A stretch of DNA of 64,000 bases from Octopus sinensis (GCF_006345805.1 NC_042998.1:114700001-114764000); one strand, 5' to 3'. Shown: positions 1-11,912, counted from the first letter of the stretch. Made by a program: numbers and translations. Notes: generated by a model not told the origin, from the letters alone.

Positions 1-80
1 ACAACAACAGCAGCAGCAACAATAGCAGCAGTGCCACCACCACCACCAACAACAACAACAGCAGTAGCAACAAGAACAAC
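1..80. repeat. Compound (CAA/CAG/CAC)n microsatellite
   Basis: Seen directly: acaacaacagcagcagcaac...caccaccaccaac. Confidence 0.9.
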
Positions 81-149
81 CATACTTTCTGGTTTTGACA
101 TAAGATCAGCGATTTTTCGGGAGAGGAGACTAATTGGATTTTGTAGATG

Positions 150-290
150 CTAATATATACTTTTTACTTTATTTTATCGCACCCAGACAAAGTCGACCTT
201 GGTGAGATTTGAACTCATAATGTGAAGAACTGGAACAAATAACACGAAGCACTTTTCCCTGACGCTCTAACGATTCTTAAAATTAACTGC
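150..290 (-). mobile_element. SINE-A (octopus-type tRNA-derived SINE), degraded
   Basis: aaagtcgaccttggtgagatttgaactca...ctaacgattc matches the reverse complement of intact copies such as 24449-24665. Confidence 0.55.
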
Positions 291-355
291 TCTGAATAAT
301 AATTATTTCTGATTTCGATACTATTTCATTTAATTACTTGACTGGTACATTATTA

Positions 356-710
356 GTGAAGGCGCATGGCTCAGTGGCTAGAGCGTCAAGCTTACGATCG
401 TGAGGTTGTGAGCTCGAATCCCGGACCGGGCTGCGTGTTGTGTTCTTGAGCAAGACACTTTATTTCACGTTGCTCCAGTTAACTCAGCTGTAGAAATGAG
501 TTGCGATGTCACGGGTGCCAAGCTGTATCGTCCTTTGCCTTTCCCTTGGATAACACTGGTAGCGTGGAGAGGAGAGGCCGGTATGCATGGGCAACTGCTG
601 GTCTTCCATAAACCACCTTGTCCAGACTTGTGACTAGGAGGGTAACTTTCTAGTTGCAATCCCATGGTCAGTGTCGTGACTGAAGGGGGTCCCGACCCGA
701 CCCGACCGAC
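356..710 (+). mobile_element. SINE-B, tRNA head + CORE-like segment, tail variant 1
   Basis: A box tggctcagtgg (367-377), B-box-like gagctcgaatccc (410-422), core cttgagcaagacactttatttcacgttgctccag, short ccgac tail repeats. Confidence 0.85.
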
Positions 711-759
711 ATTATCTTATAAACTCTACAAGGACGAACGTAAAGAAGCCAAATAATGC

Positions 760-1660
760 AGGGCATATCTTCCGACGCCCTAAAGAAAATATAAACTAAA
801 AATAAAATTCATTACTATTCAAGGTTTAATGAACTACGTCCAAAAATATATCAACTAGCAGATTAACTGGGCCAGTAAGCACTACATACAACTAGGTATT
901 ATCAGAAGCGACATGACCTAGATGGAAATACTACTATTTCTAAATATTACTAAATAATACTAAATATTTTCAGAAATTTTGTCATAGCCTGAATCTGTGT
1001 GTGGGACATTTTAAATGCGCCGCATTTGCTACATAAGATAAGTAATTACATTGAAATTCAGGATGTTAATTTAAATACAGTCACTGAAATATAGAATTGA
1101 ATCTGAAATACTATATGAATACCTGGAAATAAGTGAACCTGATATAACAGACATGAAGGAGAAAATTAGAAAAAAAAGTTATGTAAGATAAGTTCATGGG
1201 TAAAAATGGAATAGCCACACCTGTCGTTCAGTGTTTAACGTAATTAATTGGTTATAAGGAGAACATACTTTACTAGCAAAGAAGTAAGGTCGTGATAAAT
1301 ATAGAAAGCCTCTACAAACTGGCAACAATATAACTATGAAAACACTTAGAAACAATCAAAGCGAAACTGGTTACTCTTAGAATGATATATGAAGACTGTA
1401 ACATAGCTTCTCTTTATGTAAATAAAAAGAAAATTAAATTAGGAACGGGACGAACTGAGCTGTTGGGTAGGATTAAGAAAATCCTTTAGGCAAGGAAAGA
1501 AGAACAAACGACAAAAATGAAGACGACATGCTACATTAAACTGACAGAAAAGTGGAGTGAAAAACCATTCCATGGCCCATGCCACGAGATGGAAAAAATT
1601 GAGAAAAGCTAACTATTGCTCAAAAGCTATATACTTAATGTATAAAAATGGCCTGTTTTA
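760..1660 (+). mobile_element. Heavily degraded R4/Dong-like (REL) LINE, RT-region remnant
   Basis: Manual translation gives YEYLEISEPDITDMKEKIRKK (about 1115-1180), VINIESLYKLATI (about 1290-1330) and KWSEKPFHG (about 1550-1577), paralleling YKYLG/MKEKIRK/WQEKPLHG-type motifs; WQEKPLHG is readable in the 40-45 kb element. Many stops and frameshifts. Confidence 0.55.
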
Positions 1661-1707
1661 GCTGAATGGCAATAATGCCTAACTATGAGCAACTGCAAAT
1701 AAAATAA

Positions 1708-1913
1708 TGGTTTCAATTTTTGACACAATGCGAGCAGTTTTGGAGGACGAGGTAAGTCGATTACATCGACCATTGCTCAACTGGTTCCCTATTTAATCGA
1801 CCACGAAAAGGGATGAAAGGGAAAGTCGACCTTGGCGGAATTTTAACTCAAAGCGTAAGGACGCATTAAACACCGCTAAGCATTTTGCCTGGCGGACGAA
1901 CGATTATGCCAGC
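1708..1913 (-). mobile_element. SINE-A inserted in the degraded REL LINE
   Basis: gatgaaagggaaagtcgaccttggcggaattttaactcaaagcgtaag...ctaagcattttgcc. Confidence 0.8.
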
Positions 1914-2109
1914 GGTAAGCACGGCATCTAAACTTTTAACAGTCTGGTTGTTGCCAGGTCTGATTATAGCTACAGATGCGATCAATTTGGGTTATATGCC
2001 AAACCTTCGATTTCAAAACGGGTAAGAAAGAAATTAAGCAGGTACGTATCTAACAATGTACATGACAGCGCCTTGTCCACAATTATCAGGGACATTCATC
2101 TCTACATTG

Positions 2110-2310
2110 GACAGGGAAAATCATTGTGATATGATATCCAATGGCTGAAATGAAAATAACTCTACTTTGATAGACATCTCGATTCCAACCTATTTATAAG
2201 CATTGCCTGAAAGGACGTGGAGAAACTGGGGAAAATGCAAAAGCCCTGAAATTGAAATAAGCAGTATATGGGACGCAGTACAAGTAATGATTGGGACACT
2301 AGATGTAATA
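2110..2310 (+). mobile_element. Degraded REL endonuclease remnant, probably the same LINE as 760-1660
   Basis: TLIDISIPT...KCKSPEIEISSIWDAVQVMIGTLDVI resembles LLIDMTIP...KYKDLQIEISKMW...VVIGALGMI at 38854-39225. Confidence 0.55.
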
Positions 2311-2859
2311 GAATTGTAATGAAAATTAAATGATCTATAAACACAGCTCAAAAGATAGCTCGACTGGAAAAAGTCCACAACATCCACATGACATTTTCAG
2401 TTTCACGGCACAACCAAAACAACACATCGTTGCACGCAGCGCAACTCATACGACACGTGCTGCAGAAAATCCTTAGAAAACAACATAATACAAAATGCAC
2501 AACATAAATCTTATACAATACACCCCAACAGAATAAAATAACTCCCACAGTACATATTCTAACCAGTAGAGCCGACACTAAAATAACACCAGAGATAATT
2601 GATAAAACCTCACAAAACTTCAACAAAGCAAATCTGAAGAGACAAAAATAATTATGAAAGAAAAATAATTAGGAAGAGACAAGATAATTATGTTAAGTTA
2701 GATAAAGAAACAAAGATAATATAATTAAGCGAAAGACAGACATTCAAACAACCAATAGTTAGATATCTAGACAGAACACAATATATACAAATAAAAGTTT
2801 AAGAAGAAATGTTGCAAATCAAAGTAGATTAATAACTACACTAAATTTAAATGCAAAAC

Positions 2860-3065
2860 AAAGCAAATAGGCATCAATATTCCAGCTGTTTCGGTAATAA
2901 CTATATTCAAAACAAGATGTTAAATCAATTGGCAAGACTAGACAGCAAGACAAGAAAAATATGAACTGCATTTAGTATGCACCGCTGAACATTTAACAAA
3001 GAAAGTTTATATTTACCACGAATACGGGAAGGTAGAAACCTTATGCAACTGGTAAATGTCCATTA
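2860..3065 (+). mobile_element. Second degraded REL-LINE RT-thumb fragment
   Basis: SLYLPRIREGRNLMQLVNVHY (about 3005-3068) resembles the RLY.PR..GGRGL.QL motif of R4-clade LINEs. Confidence 0.45.
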
Positions 3066-3299
3066 TTAGACTACACAACATCTAATGGAAAATGGAACAC
3101 TAATACAAATAACAATAAAACATTAAAAGAAAACGAAAATGATTTCTGTCTGTAAGGAAGTCGAAACATAAAAGTAATCATCGAAATATAAATATCTGAA
3201 AATATAGAAAACCAAGATAGAGGATTAGCAAAGGAAAATAGAAAATAAATATAACGTAATAGTAGATGTCTTGCAAAAGGTGGAATAATGTTGCTGACG

Positions 3300-3336
3300 A
3301 ATATATATATATTATAAATAGTAAATAATATATAGC

Positions 3337-3429
<93 letters not shown>

Positions 3430-3430
3430 T

Positions 3431-3478
<48 letters not shown>
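3300..3478. repeat. (TA)n microsatellite
   Basis: Seen directly. Confidence 0.95.
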
Positions 3479-3479
<1 letters not shown>

Positions 3480-3480
<1 letters not shown>

Positions 3481-3692
3481 GACGCCATGATAGATCGTTA
3501 GCTCCCACACGCATTTTTTTCTCTCTTTGTTTCTCTCCTTGTTTTTTATCTGTATATCTTTCTGTCGAAGAGCGTAGGCTCGAAACTTAAAATACTTTTT
3601 CTATTTCTATTCCTGAGCGCTATACTAATACATTTGTTTGTTTGTACTCCACCTGCCTTTGTCTTTTGTTTATTTTCGTAAACTTTCCCTTT
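3480..3692 (+). mobile_element. Solo terminal repeat (pLTR-like) of the PLE family at 54.8-61.1 kb
   Basis: Aligns with the reverse complement of 54813-55020 and with 60946-61112 (cgccatg...cacgcattttt...ctgtcgaagagcgtaggctcgaaac...cctgagcgc...tttgtttgt...ccacctgcc...ttccc); (TA)n on both sides. Confidence 0.75.
3557..3594 (+). ncRNA. Hammerhead-ribozyme-like motif, decayed copy
   Basis: tcttt-CTGTCGA-a-gagc-gtag-gctc-GAAA-c-tt-a-aaata; helix II intact, helices I and III mutated. Confidence 0.3.
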
Positions 3693-3948
3693 ATATATAT
3701 ATATATACATTATACATGCATATATTGGTACAGGACGTCACCAACGAACCAAGCAACAGGAAATATGTACACAAACGAGTTAAATACATAAACAACGAGG
3801 AAAATTGGAGACGTATTCACAGAGAAAGGACCCTTCATCAGTTGTCGGCTATATAAATATAGGGCTTAAGCACATAAATGCGCAACACATGGTGATAAAA
3901 GTATAGTACTCGAATACCGTAAGTAGAACACTGTGCTTTTGTCTTGAA

Positions 3949-4120
3949 GCTGCAAAAGCATCACACACACACACACACACACACACAGAAAAAAAAACTG
4001 TGATTCAGAAGTAACGTTCCCATCGTCGGATAGTCCTGATCAAGAGTCTTGTTCAAAACTATCCGACGAACGGGAACGCGAATCTCTGAATCACAGTTTT
4101 GTTTGTGATGTTTTTGCTGC
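3949..4120. repeat. Fold-back pair of a terminal-repeat sequence
   Basis: 4015-4034 pairs with 4058-4078, 3994-4008 with 4086-4100, 3949-3964 with 4105-4120; 23 nt spacer; (CA)n expansion in the left arm. Confidence 0.8.
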
Positions 4121-4163
4121 TTTAATAAAGTGTATACGCACACACACACGCACTCATGAACGC

Positions 4164-4208
<45 letters not shown>

Positions 4209-4213
4209 TAGAT

Positions 4214-4790
4214 ATGTTTCGACCAATGATTGGTCCAGGCCATGTCTCTGTCTTTAGTGTTCCCACTGATATTGACGTAAGAGAAGCAAACGAAGTTGAC
4301 TCCCAACATAAAATCTCAGACATAACCTTCACTGCCACTGACATCATAGCAGCAATAAATGAGGTCAAATACTACTCTGCTGTAGGCCCTGATAGATTCC
4401 CCGCTAGTCTCCTGAACGAATGTAGACACCAACTTGCAGTCCCTCTGACCAACCTCTGGAGAAATTCGTTAGACGCAGGTTATATACCGAAACAGTTTCT
4501 ATCCCAGTCAGTCATCCCGGTTTTCAAACAGGGAAACAGATCCCTCGCAGTCAACTATCGCCCAATCTCACTCCCCTCCCACATCATTAAAGTGTTTGAA
4601 AGAGTGTTAAGATCAAGGATAGTTGACTTCCTGGAGACCCACAAACTCCTAAATGCAAATCAGCATGGCTTTCGCTTTGGCAGGTACTGTCTAACACAGC
4701 TCTTACACCACATTGAAGATGTACTCAAAGCCTTGGGAACAAGTTCGAACTCTGATGTCATATATCTTGACTTCAGTAAAGCGTTCGACA
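4214..4790 (+). mobile_element. CR1/L2-group LINE reverse transcriptase fragment (N-terminal RT motifs), truncated at both ends
   Basis: Open frame with GPD, VIPVFKQG, NYRPISL, KVFER, QHGFRFGRYCLTQL and YLDFSKAFD; ends right after the DFSKAFD motif. Confidence 0.9.
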
Positions 4791-6993
4791 ACGTTCCCGT
4801 TCGTCGGAATGTGAAAGTCTGAGTAATAGCTTTTGTTATATTTCTGCTGCTTTTAAATAAAACATATTACTCTACCTCTGTTATTTTTTTCTTTTTGAAG
4901 TGCTGAAATGTATTGTAGTACAAGTAGAAAGATATAATTATCAACGCGTAAGATATTGATATAACAGTATATATGGGACGCAACAAGTTGCTTAACCACA
5001 TACCGAAAATTTAGAAATAGCAGCCAAAGACCGCTTATTCCTTATTACGACAGATATTACTCCACAGAAAACATTACCTGTAACTCACATAGGCAAAAAA
5101 AGAAATATAACGAAATCAAACAGTCTTCGATTAATTGTGGACGCGTTTCTGGGTTAGAATTATACAAATTCACTCCCGTTCTCAGCACAATAATTCAGTA
5201 AGTTATAAATTTGAAAATGCTATGAACCTACACTTTGCTTCCCGATCCAGCGCCATCGGAGATAAAAGAAGACAGTCAGCACATCGAAATCCATACAGAC
5301 GAATGAATTCGTATTTTCCCTCCAAGATTTCCATGTGCGTTACAAAATAGTACCGCGGTAAGATGCAATGAAATTATATATATATATATATACTAAGCAA
5401 TAAGGGTTTAGCAACGAGTTGCCTTACCACATACCGAATTTAGAAATAGCAGTCAAAGGGTTATAGCTATTTCTTCTATTCTTATATATATATATATATA
5501 TATTAGAAGGAATAATTTAGAAAGCAAAACGCAGATTCAGTAAACAAATGGTAATAAACAATTCTAGCCAACAATATCTTATGTGCGATTCAAACATCAT
5601 ATATGTAATGCCACCTTGAATAATACTCTTTTAATCAATGAATCAATGTGGGTTTTCGATATGATCATTGTTTGAGGAAGCAGGGTCGGATTTGATGAAT
5701 ATTTGGTCGATATATTTAACAGAAACTCTGGCCACACGAAGATCTTTTGTTGACAAACTATTCATGGTGTTGTCGAAACCAGAATCAATCCTGATTCAGC
5801 TAATGTATGATCAGCGTTATTTTAATAGTGACCATCGGCTTTTATTATGGCAGGCATTGCCTTGGAGTACTGAAAAACCATTCATATTTTCCAGGTCATT
5901 ATCATTGATGGAAATAAGAAACAGAAGATAAATATAGCTTCAATTTAAGATTTGTTTGCTAATTCCGTGTTTGATTAAGACATACATACATATATACATA
6001 CATACATGCATACATACCATACTGTATCATACATACGTACAAACAAACAAAAATACCCTGATGTTGGTGTTGAAATTCCAGTGAAGGAGCCTTGGATTTA
6101 GGTTAGAAGCCGGCGCTTTCTCTATTGGCAAGAAATCTTGAAATAAAACTGAACAATGACATAAATACAAACGTGCTTTCATTCATTCATTCATACATAC
6201 ATATATACATACACACACACATACATTATCTAAGATGCAATTCCTCATTATTGTTTAAGGGATTGAGATTGCATTATTTTCATGCAATTTAGACTAAAGA
6301 TGTTGAATTTTGAGAAAGAGAGCAGATATTCTCATATGACTAAGTAGGAAAATTATAATATTATGTCTAAATATGGATAAATATTTCGTGACTTGACTAA
6401 TAATAATAATAGAAAACAAAATAACCTCTGAGACGTATTTTCTCTGCCTAGGAGAAGGAACTAATTCTAACAAAAAGTTCAATAAACCAAGCCGTTACTC
6501 AGCGTATGGTGTTCTTCGGATAAGCAGAAGAGGTATTTTAATGGGGTGTATATCTTAATATTACTAATGTTGCATAGTTTCTTTGCTTCTGTCGCAATGA
6601 ACATGTGTGATTATCAAGATTCAAACGGATTTCCAGAAAGCTAGATGTGAAGCGTCGCATCATGCCGCATTTCAAATGTTTTGTATATTTAGCGTATGTG
6701 GCCACACATATACGTTGCTATACGCGTGTGTATGCGTTCATATGTATCTCAAAATAAGAATAAGAATCTGAAAATGCAGGAGTCTTTTAAAAGTATTTAA
6801 CTTAACCAGTTCCACTCATTTAATAAAATTTTCGAAAGTAAATTGTGAGGCTTTGTGTATCCTCTATGGTGTCAAAAATTAGTTTACATAAATGTATTCA
6901 AATCAAGTGATAATCTTTGACAATGGGGAGAAAAAGCTTGAGGCTTTGTGTATTCTCTGTGATGAGTCAAAAATAATTTACATAAAAACATAC

Positions 6994-9235
6994 GGATCAG
7001 GTAATAAAATTTTGTACGATGATAAGAAGATAAAAATTAGTTTACTTAAATATATACAAATCAAGTAATAGAGGATTTGACAGGAAGATAAAACGTACGT
7101 GGGCATGCGTGTGTGTGTGTGTGTTATATTTGTCAAGAGTTGTGTGTGTACGCGTGTGCGTGTGTATGTGTGTATGTTGTGTATGTTGTGTTTCTCGAGG
7201 TGCTGGTTGCGCACGTATGTCTGTATGTGTGTATATGTGTCTTATTTGTATTTCGCGGGTGGTGAGTGTGTTTTGCGTTTGTCATGGCGGTGTGTGAATT
7301 CGTATGTAAGTGTGTACGTACATGTGCCTGTGTATGTATGTATATATGTGTGTGTGTGTGTGAGTGTTTGTTTTGACTGTTAAATTGTATTGCGTGTGTA
7401 TGTGTGTTTTTTCTAGGAATGTTTGTGTATTTTTTCCTGGGGAATGGGTATATTGTGTTTGTATGTGTGCGTGTGTGTATGCGTGTGTGGGGATGGTATT
7501 GAATTTGTGTCTGTGTATCTTCGTATGTGTTTATGTGTGTATGTGTATGGGTGTGTGCTTATGTGTGTATTTATGAGAGTGTCTGTGTGTATTTATTGTA
7601 GATGAGTGTTCCTGGGTGATAGGTATATTGTGTTTATGTGTGAATGCGTGCAGGGAGTGTGTTTGTGTAGGAATTTGAGTATTGCCAATTGTTCCGAAAC
7701 TAGTTGACAGTCCAAGTATATTTTTTAAAGATATTATAGCATGTTTAACTGTGCTGTTTTCGAATAAAAATGTTTTCTTTATTCATTAGTGTTTGGTCAG
7801 TGGTGCTGGCTGCGCAAAGGTATAGTGGGAATACTTAGAATTTGGGGGAACTTATTTTTTGCACAGTGATCTATGTGGCCACTGAGTGGTATCTGTCTTG
7901 TGGTCGGTAATTGGCTTGTGGTGGATAATTTTGTATTGGTGAGTAATTTTTTTAAGGATATGGGATTTGTCTTCTTTTTTATGATTTTATGGGTTTCGAG
8001 TGCTTTTTTTAAACGTGGGTCTTAACTCAGTAGTGGGATGTTCTTGTGTCTAATAGTATAAGCTTCTGTATTTCTTGGTTTATGTGTTGAGAGATATGGA
8101 AGTCTATTTAATGGACCTTGAGTGTGATTCAGTTTTCGTAAATCTTGGATGTCGATTACCTTAGCCCGTTATATTCCATTATCAATTAATGATGATGGAT
8201 ACTGTCTTTCCAGTAAAATTTCCTTTAGATTTTGGAGTCTTCTGTTCCGCATTTCTGAATTTGAGACAATTGTACAATTTCTTGTCGCTAGATTAAAAGA
8301 AATGTTTGTCTTCGTGTGTATCGGGCGGTTGGAGGTGAATAGAAGGTATTGCTGGGAATCAGTCGATTTGTAGTGGACATCAGTTTCCATGTCTGTGTCG
8401 TTTTTATGATTAAGATGTCTAGAAATGGGAGTTGGTCTTTACTATATTCCATTGTGAATCTGATACAATTTTAGATGCTGTTAATTAGATTTTTGAATTG
8501 AGTTGGTCGAATGTGTGAGACCATAGAATGATGCAGTCACCCGAGTAGCACTTCCAAGTCTTTAACAGTTAGATGTAGAAATTCAGGCCGTATTTTAATA
8601 TGGATTGTAAATATATTCAGATTCCCATGTAGGGCATAATGAGAATGACGTAAGCTAGTGCAACGTTTGTCACCATCGCCGTCCCTGATCTGTTTATAGG
8701 TGTTATAATTAAAGTTGAAAATGTTTTCTAAATTGAACTTAAGTCCCTCGATGATAAAATATTTTTCTATTCTTTGAGGGATCTTATTGGGTATTTTTCC
8801 AGCCAGAATCTTAGGTTTTTCAGTACGTATTGGTGTGGAATCGTAGTGTAGAAGTTTATCACATCGAAGGAGACTGTCAACTAGTGTCGAAAAAACTGGG
8901 CAAAACTCTAATTCGTACACACACTCACACCCCTACATGCATTCACATATAAACACAATATCCCTATATCCCACGAACACACATCCAGAAGAAACACAGA
9001 GACACACTCACATATACACACATTATTTTTATGATTATTCAGATTTTTCTCTATTTAAGTTACTAAAAACAATTATGGTTTATGATCACCGTTACACTAA
9101 AAGTTTAGCACCAACTGATTGACAAACCAGACAGGTTTTATCTTCCTGTCAAATCCTCTATTACTTGATTTGTATTTATTTATGTAAACTAATTTTTATC
9201 TTCTTATCATTGTACAAAATTTTATTACCTGATCC
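6994..9235 (-). mobile_element. Degraded Penelope-like element with inverted terminal arms
   Basis: RT remnant at 7975-8872; 6994-7094 is the reverse complement of 9136-9235, and 7578-7713 of 8873-9007. Confidence 0.75.
7975..8872 (-). pseudogene. PLE reverse transcriptase/thumb/linker remnant with frameshifts
   Basis: VSFDVINFYTTIPH, FNFNYNTYKQIR, WKCYSGDCIILW (decayed RYxDD), FTMEYSKDQLPFLDILI, TDVHYKSTDSQQYLLFTSN, LPYLSTHKPRNTEAY; no GIY-YIG retained. Confidence 0.85.
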
Positions 9236-9319
9236 TCGGTGGAATTTGAACTCAGAACATAAAGACAGACGAAATAACTCTAAGCACTTCGCCCGGCGTG
9301 CTGCCAGCTTGCCGTCTTG
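9236..9319 (-). mobile_element. SINE-A 5' fragment
   Basis: ctcggtggaatttgaactcagaacataaagacagacgaaata...ctgccagcttgccgtc. Confidence 0.8.
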
Positions 9320-10144
9320 TTGTTGGTGGTAATTGTAACACGACTTGTGGTGTTTGGTATTATTTTAGTACAAACTTACTATTCAGTAAGACTTATCGGA
9401 GTTTTGATATCTATAGATTGGGGCGATCGCTTTCAGCAAAAGAACAAAGAAACATTACAACAACAATAACCACGGCAATTGGACAAAAAACTTGTAAAAC
9501 AAGACAAAGATATAGCAAGATCAACAATTCTAAGTCACTTTTACACCTGTCTTCTGTACGAGAGTAAAGAAAACTAACAGAAAATAAAAGAGTGTAAGAA
9601 AAATTGCCTAAACTGTATAACTTTGGATAATAATAACAAAAAGAAACAAAAACAGCGGAAAATTAATAATTAATATATGAACATGAAACACAAAACAACA
9701 ACACAAAAAATGCTAAAAAAATAAAAGCAAGAGGGAAAAGGCGTTGCTGTTATTACCCAGACCGAGATAAGGAAATAAATAAAGGAACAAAGCTGAAAAC
9801 GGAATCTCGTAATACTTGGGTTTTCTGAACCCAGATGCAGACATTCACTCAACATACGCGACGCCAAGTAGTCGTATAAGCGAAGAGAATTTGCCATTTA
9901 GATAATACCTATTTAGGCAGGCTTGTGTTATCGTTATAGTTAATCTTCGAACAAGCCGCCAAATATAGTCAGGGCATTTCTTTTTTTTTTTTCTTTTTTT
10001 CTTTTTTTAGCTGTATTTCTTGTTTCCTCATATTCATTCATTATTGGACGGGCGCCCGACTGCTTTCGAGGTAAAAGGCAAAACTTAAACGTGAATGTAG
10101 ATAGGTGTTAAATAGCAGTAATACTTAAGACAGCAGGGTGAGAG

Positions 10145-10238
10145 AAGGGGCGCGAGGAACACGCACATATATATATATATATATACACACACACATATAT
10201 ATATATCATATATATGTATGCATATATATATATATGTA

Positions 10239-10273
<35 letters not shown>

Positions 10274-10321
10274 CTATATAGATGCCAGTATGTTACATGT
10301 GAATACACACATACACACACG

Positions 10322-10355
<34 letters not shown>

Positions 10356-10615
10356 ATATTAGTTGAGAGAAAAGAAGAGAGAGAAAAATTCCTGAAGAAG
10401 AGTGTAAGCAAGAGAGTGTTGAGAACTGTGAGAGGTGGGTTATGGGAAATTAGAGGTCATAAGAGCAAGAATAAATACAGGGTGACGAAATATGGGTAAT
10501 GAAGAGAATGAGAGGATCAGGAAGGTGAAGCTAAATAGAGAGATGGAGGGAGAGAGAGGTAGGCATAGAGTGAATCAGAGAGAGAGAGGGAGAGAGAGGA
10601 AGGCATAGAGAGAAT

Positions 10616-10661
<46 letters not shown>

Positions 10662-10780
10662 GATAAGGGTGAGAATGAAATTGTAAGAAAGAGACAGTGA
10701 AGAAGTAACAAATAACTGTGCGACGGAGGAAAGTGAATGTCGAGACAAAGTAAGGAGACGGAATAAGAGATGAAAATGAA
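10145..10780. repeat. (TA)n, (CA)n and (GA)n microsatellites and purine-rich low complexity
   Basis: Seen directly. Confidence 0.9.
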
Positions 10781-10948
10781 GAATCGATTATATCGATCCC
10801 AGTGTTCAACTGGTACTTGATTTATCGACCTGAAAGAATGAAAGGCAAAGTCGACCTCGGCGGAGTTTGAACTGAGAACGGAAAAGCGGGCGAAATACTG
10901 CTAAGCATTTCGTCTTGCGATCTAACGATTTTGGTAGTTTGCCGCCTT
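10781..10948 (-). mobile_element. SINE-A
   Basis: caactggtacttgatttatcgacc...aaaggcaaagtcgacctcggcggagtttgaactgagaacg...gccgcctt. Confidence 0.85.
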
Positions 10949-10999
10949 TATTATTATATTTATTATTATTAGTATTATTATCATCATAATTGTATTTAT

Positions 11000-11428
11000 T
11001 ATTGAGTGAGAGAGCAGTTCATGCCATCAAAGTGACACTGGGGTAAAATATACGAAGCCCAATATACCCATCATGACTACCCGTCTGATAAAGGTACACC
11101 AGGCACATGCATCACAACCATATGTGCGCGACATGGTGATCTCATATCAAGATAAACAGCACATGACCTTGCAGGTGGGGCCCAGTTAGAATTTTCTTCA
11201 GGTTGAGTAGTCCATCCCGCTCAAAAGGTCCCTGAATAAGGGTTGTTTAACGATGTTGAAAGAACCACCCATGTTTCCAGAGGTGAATTATTCAAACCCC
11301 AAAGAATCCTTCTCAACACATGGCTATGATGCTCCCCCACTACTTCTGCTCGTGATCAGAGATGCACATATCGTCAGCCACCAAGGGACATGCTCAACTG
11401 GTTAAGGTCAAACAACTGACAAGCAAAT
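11000..11428 (-). mobile_element. About 430 bp dispersed retroposon-like repeat with (TAA)n tail, copy 1
   Basis: Reverse complement aligns over its length with 13053-13475; both end ctgctctctcactc(a/g)ataataa. Confidence 0.75.
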
Positions 11429-11448
11429 TATTATTATTATTATTATTA

Positions 11449-11520
<72 letters not shown>

Positions 11521-11545
11521 CATCATCATCAATAATAATAATAAT
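11429..11545. repeat. (ATT)n / (CAT)n / (AAT)n microsatellite
   Basis: Seen directly. Confidence 0.95.
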
Positions 11546-11893
11546 CGTTTCTACTATGGGTACAAGGCCTGAAATTTGGAGGAGGGGGATTTAATTTATT
11601 GACTTATGGTACTTAATTTATCGACCCGAAAGAATGAAAGGCAAAATCGAACTCGTCGGAATTTGAACTCAGAATATAGCGGCCGGCAAAATAATTCCAA
11701 GCATTTCGTCCAGCGTGCTAACGATTCTGCCAGCGCGACGCCATAATAATAATAATAGTCTTAAATTTTCCCACAAAGGGAGCAATTTTGGGGGAGGGGA
11801 TGAGGTGGAGTTTGAACTCAGAACGCAAAGTCAGACGAAATACCTCGAAGCATTTCATCCAGCGTGCTAACTATTCTGCCCGCTCGCTGCCTT
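11545..11893 (-). mobile_element. Two SINE-A copies in tandem (11545-11743, and internally deleted 11770-11893)
   Basis: Both carry gaatttgaactcagaa...gcatttc(g/a)tccagcgtgctaac. Confidence 0.8.
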
Positions 11894-11894
11894 A

Positions 11895-11912
11895 AATGAT
11901 GATGCTGATAAC

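Noticed and set aside
361-430. tRNA-like sequence with A and B boxes (also at 18925, 24300-24365 and 38285-38350)
   Set aside because: These are SINE heads: no complete cloverleaf or acceptor stem, and they continue into SINE body sequence.
3810-3845. Minus-strand CUGAUGA-AGGGUCCUU...GAAUACGUC resembling a canonical hammerhead
   Set aside because: Helix II has only a 2 nt loop, 7 extra nt precede GAA, and no helix I partner is evident; at most a decayed relic.
6072-6120. ccagtga-aggagccttggatttaggtta-gaagccggc, hammerhead-like layout
   Set aside because: Both core strands deviate strongly from CUGANGA/GAAA; single copy here, so not supportable.
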